Source of the DNA: Patescibacteria group bacterium
GTDB lineage: Bacteria > Patescibacteriota > Patescibacteriia > Patescibacteriales > JBAZCA01
NCBI GenBank assembly: GCA_041661405.1
Contig: JBAZUL010000003.1
Location: 20,707 to 84,706 of the forward strand
Length of the DNA: 64,000 nucleotides
Reading direction: 5' to 3'
Shown: positions 41,209-49,492 of the stretch, piece by piece
How the letters are laid out: each line of letters starts with the position of its first letter
How positions within the stretch are numbered: position 1 is the first letter of the stretch
The notes under the pieces: model-generated
Databases searched by the model: none
What the model was told of the DNA's origin: nothing
What the model saw: the letters and a program-made list of their open reading frames with translations, nothing else
Program-made: the position numbers and the translations under genes

Positions 41209-42897
41209 TTATCCTATCTCATCCCTTCGCTCTTTAACGTATTTCGCCCATTCCTCGGTCACTTCCACCAATATCTTAAAAGGCGCTTCAATGATGAAAT
41301 CAAGGATAAAGACAAAAACATTCATGCGGGAAAACTTTTCCGACAGCCATTTCCCGACCGCCAGTATCGGCGTGTAAAAAAAGTCCGCTAAGAGGCCAAG
41401 AATATTTTCGTGGGTCTCTATTACATGAAGCTCCCTCACCCGGGCGCGGATGCGGATCCCGAAAAAACTTACTAAAGTCAAGAAAAAGAGAAAGAGGGTT
41501 ATGCTTATGAAATTAAAGTTTATTTTAGTAAGCAGCCAGACAACCGCCCCGAAAGTGGCGAAAAAAGTCACCGCGTAAAGCGCGCCAAAAAAACTATTCA
41601 GGCTTCCGCTTTTGCCCGGAAGCGTCCTTACCTTATAAGGGTCTTTCCTTCTTGATCCGGGAAAAATTACTTCCCTGATTCCTTCTATGATTTTTTTCGT
41701 ATTTTCATCGGAAGGCACCGAAGTAAAAACGACAATCAGGAAAAGGAGAAACGGGGGAAAAGCGATATTGACCGCGAGCGATTCAAAATTTATAGATTGG
41801 CCGAGAATTCTCGTTACCGGAACTTCAAGGATAAACGCTAGAATCATCTTAGTCAGGAAAATGTAAATAATACTCCGGACGGCCGCCCGCCAGAGCTTTG
41901 ACCGGGTTTTTTTATACTTTTTTTCACAAACTTCTTTGATAGTTTTTTCAAACTCCGGCAGATCGCTTTTCAGCTTATGATAAGCGCCGACCGGATCAGC
42001 CTCAATCACCTCGGAAAGGACGGAAAAGAAAACCGTATAGCGCGCGATTATCCGGTCAAGCCTTTTCGCGAGCGGATGGCTGAGCTGATAATCAATCGCC
42101 TCCCTTAAGGAATAAATATTAGCGGCGATTTTTTTTATCTCTTCTTCGCCGGCTTCGTTCCAGCCCTGGTTGTAATATTTTAACAGGATAAATTCCATCA
42201 TGTCCCGGTCAAAACGGAAATAATTCCTATGGATGCCGGTATATATCTGGATATCCTTGTCCCGCTCAAAAGCGGAATCAGTAAGCTCTATGCTTTGGCC
42301 TAAAATATCAAAAATATAATTAATGAGTATCTCGTCCGATTCTTTCCGGCCGAGCTTTTCCTCAATCTCCGAGGCCGCCAGGCCGATAATCCAGTTAGCA
42401 AGGCTGTCGCCGTTTTTCCTCTGCCCGTCCTCTTTCGGGGAATAAAGCTTTAGCAGGACGTATTTATTGATGGTCGCGGCGATCTCGTTGATTTTTGTTT
42501 CGGGAATTTTATTGTTAGGAAGATAATCGGCGCGGATCAGTTCGGTTAAAAGATGCCGGGATACTTCTTCAACCCTCCCCGCGGTAAGCGCCCCCTGGAT
42601 TACGAGCTGTCTTTTTAAAATCCTTTCAATGGCGTATTTCCGGAGCAGATGCTCGTCTTTGTAATCAACCGAATTTCTGATCTTTTCATAAAAAAAAGCC
42701 ATCTTGGAAATCAGGGTGGAAACTTTTATTTTCGGTTCGCCGGTTTCGGGTTCAACTTTCTCCTTTTCATCGTAAATAACGCCGAAGAGTTTCTTCGCCC
42801 TGTCGTCTATTATAAGGCTGTTTTCGGTTTTTTTACGGGTTAAAGTGGGATTTTGCATAAAATGCCTCATTATCTTAATCTGCCTCCACCTTATCAT
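41209..42897 (-). CDS. hypothetical membrane protein (large helical N-terminal region, 4-5 TM helices, amphipathic C-terminus)
   Basis: 562-aa ORF. Alternative starts are ATG 42870 and ATG 42858; the latter has GAGG 6 nt upstream. The TM cluster runs IIYIFLTKMILAFILEV ... LFLFFLTLVSFFGI. The C-terminal sequence is NVFVFILDFIIEAPFKILVEVTEEW. Confidence 0.65.
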   Translation of the reverse strand: MIRWRQIKIMRHFMQNPTLTRKKTENSLIIDDRAKKLFGVIYDEKEKVEPETGEPKIKVSTLISKMAFFYEKIRNSVDYKDEHLLRKYAIERILKRQLVIQGALTAGRVEEVSRHLLTELIRADYLPNNKIPETKINEIAATINKYVLLKLYSPKEDGQRKNGDSLANWIIGLAASEIEEKLGRKESDEILINYIFDILGQSIELTDSAFERDKDIQIYTGIHRNYFRFDRDMMEFILLKYYNQGWNEAGEEEIKKIAANIYSLREAIDYQLSHPLAKRLDRIIARYTVFFSVLSEVIEADPVGAYHKLKSDLPEFEKTIKEVCEKKYKKTRSKLWRAAVRSIIYIFLTKMILAFILEVPVTRILGQSINFESLAVNIAFPPFLLFLIVVFTSVPSDENTKKIIEGIREVIFPGSRRKDPYKVRTLPGKSGSLNSFFGALYAVTFFATFGAVVWLLTKINFNFISITLFLFFLTLVSFFGIRIRARVRELHVIETHENILGLLADFFYTPILAVGKWLSEKFSRMNVFVFILDFIIEAPFKILVEVTEEWAKYVKERRDEIG

Positions 42898-42921
42898 TTT
42901 CCGGGCTAAAAATCAATGATT

Positions 42922-43003
42922 TGCGGGTGCCGAGCGTGTGAGCGAGGCATCCCGTCCCGCCCCGCACTATGCGGGGCGGGAAAGGCATGCGGGATATGGC
43001 ACG
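42922..43003 (-). repeat. GC-rich palindromic intergenic element, copy B
   Basis: GGGTGCCGAGCGTGTGAGCGAGGCATCCCG (42925..42954; 27/30 identical to 16008..16037) and GGCATGCGGGAT (42984..42995; 12/12). Between them is a perfect 12-bp hairpin, TCCCGCCCCGCA-cta-TGCGGGGCGGGA (42955..42981). Confidence 0.8.
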
Positions 43004-43013
43004 AAAACGAGAC

Positions 43014-43044
43014 ATTAAAAAACCCTCCTTTGATATAGAGGGTC
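43014..43044 (-). terminator. Rho-independent terminator after the 74-aa membrane protein gene
   Basis: Stem ACCCTC/GAGGGT (43022..43027 and 43038..43043), followed on the minus strand by TTTTTT. Confidence 0.55.
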
Positions 43045-43080
43045 ATGCCATTCTGCCAGTTTAAAAATCTTAACGCCCGG

Positions 43081-43305
43081 CTACATTTTTATAAACTTAT
43101 TTATTTCTTTTTTTATGGCGTAAATCTTATAAGCCATGTAAAAAAATCCGTAAGCGATGATTATCGTCGCCAGCCCGACAACCAGCCGGAGCATAAAATC
43201 AGTCCAGACGATAAGGATGCCGAGAATCAGCAATATGATCCCGTTGCCGATTAACCCGTAAATAAAATGGTCAGCCTTTTTTTCAATTTTTTTGTAAATC
43301 AGCAT
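43081..43305 (-). CDS. small two-TM membrane protein
   Basis: 74 aa with two hydrophobic helices (IYGLIGNGIILLILGILIVW and LVVGLATIIIAYGFFYMAY). No known motif. Confidence 0.55.
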   Translation of the reverse strand: MLIYKKIEKKADHFIYGLIGNGIILLILGILIVWTDFMLRLVVGLATIIIAYGFFYMAYKIYAIKKEINKFIKM

Positions 43306-43335
43306 AAAATTAAATATTTAAATTACCACCGAAGA

Positions 43336-44307
43336 CTACTGGCTTTTACCGAACATCCTTATGATCTTGCTTGTCCCGCCTTTATTAATAAGTTCCAGAA
43401 ACAATCCGGTCCAAGCCGATACCTGGAAAGTCGCAAGTATGGCTCCGACCAAAAAAAGTAAAACCATGAAGCTCGCGAAACCCAATAAAACAACAAGCCA
43501 GAAACCGGCAACTGATCCGAATTTGATAAAAATGGCCGCCAAAAAAAGAAAAGGCACGGCCAGGACAAGAACGATGAATATGGCGATGAGTCCGAGCGCG
43601 AGATTAATTAACGCCAGGAGCAAGGCCATCTCAATACTAATAAGCCAGTTTTCTTTAAACAGTTTCCAGCCGTTTCGCAGGGAAATGATAAGCGGCTGGT
43701 CTTTCACTACCGCGTAACCGATTGAGTATTTTATAATAAAAGAAATAAAGATTGAAGCTGGTATAAATATTATGAACAGCGCTACGTAAAGCGGGGCGGC
43801 CAGACTGAGACTCGCGACCAGCGGAATAAGGAGTAAAAGAAAGATGCCGGAAAAAATCAGCCGGTTGAATAAATTCAGGATAAAAACCGGCCAGAAATTA
43901 TTCATGCCCGATTGAAGCGCTTCGCGGAAGGCCGTCTTTTTATTCTGAATTATTTTAGCCGAAGAATTTACCAAAGCCGCCTGGGAAATTATTACCAACC
44001 AAACGAGGAAAGCTCCGACCGCCAAAGTCAGTAAGAGAATGATGATGACAACGGAAAAATTTACCGGATCAGTGGCGGCGGTCATGGCGACATTTCTTAG
44101 ACCTTCCATGGTAAAAATTCCCGTATCAGCCAAAGTCTTTAACCCGGGAAAAAACCCGGCGCTCTCATCACCCCCGAAAGTCTTCATGATGATTTCGTAC
44201 TCTCCGCCGTTTCCTAATAGGGCGGTAAACAGTCCGAAAAACCAAAGAAACCGGAATTTCCAAGTTATTTCCCAGGCTTTTTTTATTATGTGGCGGTAAA
44301 AAGTCAT
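43336..44307 (-). CDS. polytopic membrane protein of unknown function
   Basis: The ORF track starts at TTG 44325. I prefer ATG 44307 (MTFYRHIIKKAWEITWKFRFLWFFGL). There are about 7 TM helices. The N-terminal pattern resembles the DUF975/GDPD-membrane-domain style, but this is unverified. Confidence 0.65.
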   Translation of the reverse strand: MTFYRHIIKKAWEITWKFRFLWFFGLFTALLGNGGEYEIIMKTFGGDESAGFFPGLKTLADTGIFTMEGLRNVAMTAATDPVNFSVVIIILLLTLAVGAFLVWLVIISQAALVNSSAKIIQNKKTAFREALQSGMNNFWPVFILNLFNRLIFSGIFLLLLIPLVASLSLAAPLYVALFIIFIPASIFISFIIKYSIGYAVVKDQPLIISLRNGWKLFKENWLISIEMALLLALINLALGLIAIFIVLVLAVPFLFLAAIFIKFGSVAGFWLVVLLGFASFMVLLFLVGAILATFQVSAWTGLFLELINKGGTSKIIRMFGKSQ

Positions 44308-44445
44308 ACCTTGCGCGTATCTCAAATCCCATATCCCGAATCCCGTCCGGACGCGAAATGTGAGTTGCGAGAAATAATTTTTAACTGATCCGATTATACC
44401 ATTTATCCGAAAAGCTGAAAAGGGGTGTTAAAAATTACTAGGCGG

Positions 44446-46317
44446 TTAAGCTGTTTTAGGAGCGGCTTCTTCTTTTTTACCGAACGCTAAAGGTTTTTCG
44501 CCGACCAATTTTTCAAAGTCTTCCTTTTCAATGGTTTCTTTCTCCATGAGTTCCTTAACGACTTTTTCCAGCTCGTCTTTTTTCCGGGAAATAATTTCTC
44601 CGGCGAATTTCATTCCCTCTTTCATTAACAAGGATATTTCTTTATCTATCTCTTCGGCCGCTTTTTCCGAATAATCCCTCTGTTCGTGGATTTCGCGCCC
44701 GAGAAAAATCATCTCGTCTTTTTCGCCAAAAGTCCTTGGCCCGAGTTCGTCTGACATGCCGTAATCGGTTATAAGCCGCCTCGCGACCTGGGTCGCGCGC
44801 CGAAGATCCGACTGGGCGCCGGTTGACGGTTCGCCAAAAATCGCTTTTTCAGTCATATGGCCGGCGAGGAGAACGGCAATTTCTTCAATAAACTCTGTCC
44901 GGGTATGGTAATGCTTGTCTTCTGACGGAAGTTTTAAGGTGTAGCCGCCGGCCCGGCCGCGGGCGATAATGGATATTTTATGCACCGCGTCGGTATGGGG
45001 AAGGAAATGGGCGACAACGGCGTGCCCGGCTTCGTGATAGGCGGTAATTTTTTTCTCATGATCCGAGAGGACGCGCGAACGCCGCTCCGGACCGAGCATA
45101 ACTTTTTCAATTGATTCCAGAACATCAGGCATTTCAATTATTTTTTTGTCGCGCCGGGCGGCAAGGATGGCGGCCTCGTTTAAAAGGTTAGCGAGATCAG
45201 CGCCGGAAAATCCCGGAGTCCGCTCGGCCACCCGCCTTAAATTAACATCTTTAGCGAGCGGCTTTTCCCTGGCATGAACTTTTAAAATCGCTTCCCGGTC
45301 GGCGATATCCGGCTCGTCCAGAATTACCCGCCGGTCAAAACGCCCGGGCCGAAGGAGCGCCGGATCTAAAACGTCCGGCCGGTTAGTCGCCGCCACAATA
45401 ATTACGTTTTCATTTTCTTCAAAGCCGTCCATTTCCACTAAAATCTGGTTTAAGGTCTGCTCCCGTTCGTCGTGTGAGCCGCCGAGCCCCGCTCCCCGCC
45501 GCCGGCCGACCGCGTCAATTTCGTCAATAAAGACGATGCAGGGCGAGCTTTTTTTCGCCCGCCGAAAAAGGTCCCGCACCCGGGAAGCGCCGACGCCGAC
45601 GAACATCTCAACGAATTCGGAGCCGGAAATGCTGTAAAAAGGCACGTTCGCTTCGCCGGCCACGGCTTTGGCTAAGAGAGTTTTTCCGACGCCGGGCGCG
45701 CCTAAGAGCAGAACGCCTCGGGGAATCCGGGCTCCGAGCTCAATGAATTTTTTTGGATATTTTAAAAAGTCCACTACTTCCTTTAATTCTTCTTTGGCTT
45801 CTTTTACGCCGGCCACGTCCTTAAAAGTAACTTTGACTTTATTTTCTTTGCCGAATTCTTTGGCCTGGGACTGGCCGAACATCATCGCCCGGCTGTTCGC
45901 TCCGGCGACCGAACGCATCATAAAATAGATAAATACTCCGATTAGAAGTAAAGGCAGAAGAAAAGGCAAAACCGAACCGATTAAAAACGAAGAGCCGGAT
46001 TCGCCCTTAACTTCAACGCTTATTCCGGCGATCTTTTCCGGAGCGACGCCGTAATTTTTTACGATGTCGGAAAAAGATTCTCCCGGTTCTTTCTTTACGG
46101 TTTCTTCTTTGCCATCCTTTAAGCGGACAACAAGGTTATCCCCTTCCACGGATATTTTATCTACTTCGCCTTTATTGATCTGCGCGACAAGCGCCGGGAC
46201 TCCAACGGTTTCGGTTTCTCCTCCCGTGTTAAAGCCGTTCTGAAAAACGCTGAACAGGCTGATTATCAAAACGAAAATCAGGAAAAATATGAAGAAATTT
46301 TTTATGAGGTTGGACAT
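44446..46317 (-). CDS. ftsH: ATP-dependent zinc metalloprotease FtsH
   Basis: 623 aa with Walker [19 protein letters not shown], Walker [33 protein letters not shown] and the zinc site HEAGHAV. Confidence 0.98.
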   Translation of the reverse strand: MSNLIKNFFIFFLIFVLIISLFSVFQNGFNTGGETETVGVPALVAQINKGEVDKISVEGDNLVVRLKDGKEETVKKEPGESFSDIVKNYGVAPEKIAGISVEVKGESGSSFLIGSVLPFLLPLLLIGVFIYFMMRSVAGANSRAMMFGQSQAKEFGKENKVKVTFKDVAGVKEAKEELKEVVDFLKYPKKFIELGARIPRGVLLLGAPGVGKTLLAKAVAGEANVPFYSISGSEFVEMFVGVGASRVRDLFRRAKKSSPCIVFIDEIDAVGRRRGAGLGGSHDEREQTLNQILVEMDGFEENENVIIVAATNRPDVLDPALLRPGRFDRRVILDEPDIADREAILKVHAREKPLAKDVNLRRVAERTPGFSGADLANLLNEAAILAARRDKKIIEMPDVLESIEKVMLGPERRSRVLSDHEKKITAYHEAGHAVVAHFLPHTDAVHKISIIARGRAGGYTLKLPSEDKHYHTRTEFIEEIAVLLAGHMTEKAIFGEPSTGAQSDLRRATQVARRLITDYGMSDELGPRTFGEKDEMIFLGREIHEQRDYSEKAAEEIDKEISLLMKEGMKFAGEIISRKKDELEKVVKELMEKETIEKEDFEKLVGEKPLAFGKKEEAAPKTA

Positions 46318-46520
46318 ATGGTTTTGCGGCTAAACGCGCCGATTTTATCGGTTTAAATACCAGCCAGCGCCATTTTAAGGCTGGATTATGACGCGAACAT
46401 TAAGATAATTTATCATCCCAATTATATAATCTTTGATGGCGAAAGACAAGGATGCAACCTGATAATTACAGATATGCGTTAATCTGTAACTATTCTATTA
46501 CACTTTTACCGGATTTACAA

Positions 46521-46563
46521 AATTTAAAATAAAATACATCCCGCCTTAAAAAGCGGGATGTAT
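46521..46563 (-). terminator. Rho-independent terminator after rpsA
   Basis: Perfect 11-bp stem ATACATCCCGC/GCGGGATGTAT (46534..46544 and 46553..46563) with an 8-nt loop, followed on the minus strand by TTTTATTTTAAATTTT. Confidence 0.85.
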
Positions 46564-46576
46564 TGATTTTGTTGGT

Positions 46577-47932
46577 TTATTCTTTCTCTTTCTTCGCTTC
46601 CTTGTCCTCCGTAGCTTTGGCAGAGGAGGGCTTCTTGGCCTTTGCTTTCTTCGCCGGCTTTTCTTCGGCCGCGTCAACCGGAGAAGCTTCGGTTTTCTCA
46701 ACTTCGGCCTTGTCAACTTCGGCTTTAGCCTTCGGAGTCTTCTTTACTTTCTTCGGCTCTTCAGTTTTTTCACCGGCTTCCTGAGCGGATGCCTTAGTTT
46801 CGTCAGCCTTAGCTTTCTTGCCCCGCGTAGCTTCAGCGGAGTGGGGGTCTTCTTCTTTTTTTACCGTAAGACCTAAGCGGTGCTCTTTCGGTTCAAGGGA
46901 AATAATCGTAAATTCCCTTTCTTCCCCTTCCTTATAGGCTTCGTTTATTTTCTGGTTCGGCGCGAGGCCTAGCTGGTTGATATGGGCGAGGCCGTGAATA
47001 TCCGCGTCTAGGGCGACAAAAAGTCCGAACGGGTTGATTTTCAATATTTTTCCTTTTACTACCTGCTCAACTTTATATCTTTCGCCGGCTTCTTCCCACG
47101 GGTTTTCCATGAGTTTTTTCGCGGAGAGGAATATCTTTGAGCCGGTCATGGAAATAATTTCGGCTTTAATCGTATCGCCGACTTTATAGAGAGAAGACGG
47201 ATTTTCAATCCTTTGCCAGGCCAGTTCGGAAATATGGATAAGCCCTTCAAGGTTATCGCCGAATTTTATAAACACTCCAAAATCGGTTACCGCCGTGATA
47301 ATGCCATCAATCATTGAACCGATCTGGTATTGGCCGATAATATCCTTCCGGCGCTCCAGCCAGGCGTCTTTTTCCGAAAAAATGATTTTATTTTCCTTTT
47401 CGTCAAGCGTGATGACTTTTACCTCAAACTCCCTTCCGGCAAAAGTGCGGAGCTTATCTAAAATCTTTGACTTGTCGCCGCCTTCCACCCGGGGGTAGTT
47501 TTCCGGCGAAAGCTGGGAGACCGGCAGGAAGCCGGCAATCTGCCTAAAATTGGAAAGCAGTCCGCCTTTATTCGCGGCTACGATTTTTACTTTGATATTG
47601 CTCCGGTCTTCATAAGCGCCGCGCAGAACCTGCCAGGCTTTTTCCTCGCCCGCATGGCGGAATGAAAGCTCAAGCTCGCCGTTCTCGTTTTCTTCCTCAG
47701 TCACGGTCGCCTCGGTCGTATCGCCGGGTTTTAAACTTGAGTATTCTTCGGCTTCGTTGTAAAGCTCGCGGCCGCGAACCACGCCGGTCATAAAGCCGTC
47801 AATATCAAGCTTTACCTCGGCTTTTGAAGCGGAGACTACTGTTCCGGTTACTGTGTCCCCGACTTTAGGGACTTTGATCGGATTTTCATCCAGCAAAGTT
47901 TGAAAATCTGAATTTTCTTGAACATCATTCAT
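46577..47932 (-). CDS. rpsA: 30S ribosomal protein S1 (four S1 domains) with Lys/Ala/Glu-rich C-terminal tail
   Basis: 451 aa with repeated S1-domain cores (VGDTVTGTVVS, GSMIDGIITAVTDFGVFIKF, VVKGKILKINPFGLFVAL). The last 95 aa or so are low-complexity KAKAE-type sequence. Confidence 0.9.
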   Translation of the reverse strand: MNDVQENSDFQTLLDENPIKVPKVGDTVTGTVVSASKAEVKLDIDGFMTGVVRGRELYNEAEEYSSLKPGDTTEATVTEEENENGELELSFRHAGEEKAWQVLRGAYEDRSNIKVKIVAANKGGLLSNFRQIAGFLPVSQLSPENYPRVEGGDKSKILDKLRTFAGREFEVKVITLDEKENKIIFSEKDAWLERRKDIIGQYQIGSMIDGIITAVTDFGVFIKFGDNLEGLIHISELAWQRIENPSSLYKVGDTIKAEIISMTGSKIFLSAKKLMENPWEEAGERYKVEQVVKGKILKINPFGLFVALDADIHGLAHINQLGLAPNQKINEAYKEGEEREFTIISLEPKEHRLGLTVKKEEDPHSAEATRGKKAKADETKASAQEAGEKTEEPKKVKKTPKAKAEVDKAEVEKTEASPVDAAEEKPAKKAKAKKPSSAKATEDKEAKKEKE

Positions 47933-48085
47933 AGTAGCATTTCCTTTCTTGATGGCTGTTTACTGATAACAGCCAAAGCCTTTTAAATAAAAAAAGACTG
48001 TTTTAACCCCTCCGCCAAAAACGGAGAAAGTTCCCGGTTCGCCTGAATACCGGAAAGTTTATTAAAGGCGTAATGAATTTCCTTA

Positions 48086-48113
48086 ATTATACATAAAAAT
48101 ACCGATAAATCAA
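48086..48113 (-). promoter_or_regulatory. putative sigma70-type promoter of rpsA
   Basis: The minus strand reads TTGATT-N16-TATAAT (-35 at 48108..48113, -10 at 48086..48091). This gives a leader of about 150 nt containing the hairpin GGCTGTT-atcagta-AACAGCC next to the AAGGAA Shine-Dalgarno sequence. Confidence 0.45.
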
Positions 48114-48207
48114 GAGGTGGAGAATAAAACAAAAGAGAGACCCGATTTTCGAGCCCCTCTATTATCATGTATCCTAAATTTCAATTTTCCATTCCCAAAT
48201 TCAGCTT

Positions 48208-49209
48208 TTACTCCGCGCAACCGGCATCGGCCGAGTTTCCGGCGACTGTCCCTTCGCCAAATCCCGGAGCCGGGCTCTCGGACGACAACTTTTCTTTGCA
48301 CTCATCCGGAGCGTTATTAAAGCCGGCGCAAATCGTCGCCATCAAATCAGCCTGGCTCCGGCCGGACTGGGCTTCAGTGCCGTTCACTATTAGGGTTGGC
48401 GAACCGCCTACCCCGTATTTCGCGTTATCAGCCGCGTAAACCCCGAAAGAAGGATAACTGCCTTTAAAATCAGTCTTAGCGTTAAACTTTTTCATAACTT
48501 CAAATTGCTGGTCAGTTTCGCTCGCGCAGGAAGAAAGCTTAGCCTTGTCAATTCCGGTTTCCGTCAAACAGGCTTCGCCATTTCCTTCTTTTAAGAAGCA
48601 TTTTAAATAGGTTAGGAGTTTTGTCGGTTCGTTTTTGTCTATGCAATACTGGTTTAATTCTTCTTTAAGCTCTTTTTCACCGTGCATGGCGTAGTCGCAA
48701 AACTTCAATTTAAAATCAATTTTATTGCCGAGCTTTTCCACGACCGGGATTATGCCTTTTTCAATCTGCGTGCCGTAAGGGCAATGGCTCATGACAAAAA
48801 GTTCAACCGCCGGCTTGTCGCTTTTGGCTATGTCAGCCGCGGGGGGTTGGCTGGCGGCATCCTCATTCCCGGTATTATCAGCGGCCGCCTGAGCGCCTTC
48901 AACGCTTAAGGCCTGCGGGAAAAAAGTCGTCCCGTCTTTTGTAATGTAGGAATCAACTTTCTGCCCTTCGCCTAGGTCTACCGATAGTTTATAGAGCCCG
49001 TTTTCCTCTATAATAGATTCAACCGTGGCTTTCCGGCCTTGCATCAGATTTTCGTTAATATAAGTTTCCGCTTTGGCTTTGGCTTCTTCGGGTTTTAATA
49101 TTTTCGCTTTGGAAGATTTTAAGTCCGCTAAGGAACAGCCGGTTAAAACCAAAGCTAAAGCCATTGATATTCCTCCGATTTTCGCCCATCTAAGCATGAT
49201 TGTTTTCAT
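48208..49209 (-). CDS. thioredoxin-fold (DsbA/GILT-like) lipoprotein
   Basis: 333 aa with a lipobox, ALALVLTGC. There is an N-terminal PepSY-like module, then FVMSHCPYGTQ with further conserved-looking Cys (KFCDYAMHGEKE, YLKCF, EACL, TICAGF..DECK). The functional assignment is tentative. Confidence 0.55.
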   Translation of the reverse strand: MKTIMLRWAKIGGISMALALVLTGCSLADLKSSKAKILKPEEAKAKAETYINENLMQGRKATVESIIEENGLYKLSVDLGEGQKVDSYITKDGTTFFPQALSVEGAQAAADNTGNEDAASQPPAADIAKSDKPAVELFVMSHCPYGTQIEKGIIPVVEKLGNKIDFKLKFCDYAMHGEKELKEELNQYCIDKNEPTKLLTYLKCFLKEGNGEACLTETGIDKAKLSSCASETDQQFEVMKKFNAKTDFKGSYPSFGVYAADNAKYGVGGSPTLIVNGTEAQSGRSQADLMATICAGFNNAPDECKEKLSSESPAPGFGEGTVAGNSADAGCAE

Positions 49210-49320
49210 ATTTTTTTCCTCCTTTATATTATTAATTTTTTAAACACGCGAAGTTAGTTAACTTCTACTGATTTTTATCCTGCGAAACATTATGGCACAC
49301 AAAAAAAATAAATCCCATTT

Positions 49321-49389
49321 TTACAGGTTAACCAGCAGAACAATCACCGCTATAAGAGCAAAAAAAAGAAAAGCTATAATTTTTAGCAT
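49321..49389 (-). CDS. possible 22-aa hydrophobic micro-protein
   Basis: Own translation gives ATG CTA AAA ATT ATA GCT ... = MLKIIAFLFFALIAVIVLLVNL*. GGGGTG lies 4 nt upstream of the ATG. It sits in the 283-nt gyrA-lipoprotein spacer. There is no conservation evidence. Confidence 0.25.
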   Translation of the reverse strand: MLKIIAFLFFALIAVIVLLVNL

Positions 49390-49492
49390 TGACACCCCAA
49401 GTCTTTTTTCATCAATTATTGGCACGGATTAGTTTATTAGTTGATTAGTTAATTAAGAAAATTAAAATACCAGCCAACCGCTGATCACCTTA

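Noticed and set aside
46318-46576. Search for tRNA, tmRNA, RNase P, SRP or 6S RNA genes in the larger spacers (also 28450..28733, 47933..48207, 49210..49492, 58206..58401)
   Set aside because: I found no cloverleaf-compatible stems or conserved ncRNA boxes by eye. The hairpins present are explained as terminators or leader structures. A covariance-model scan (Infernal/Rfam, tRNAscan-SE) is still needed for certainty.
47983-48320. Small ORFs (61-67 aa, both strands) in the rpsA upstream spacer and the 3' end of the lipoprotein gene
   Set aside because: They overlap the predicted rpsA promoter and leader or the lipoprotein CDS, lack Shine-Dalgarno sequences and have no recognisable motifs. The region is better explained as a structured 5' leader.
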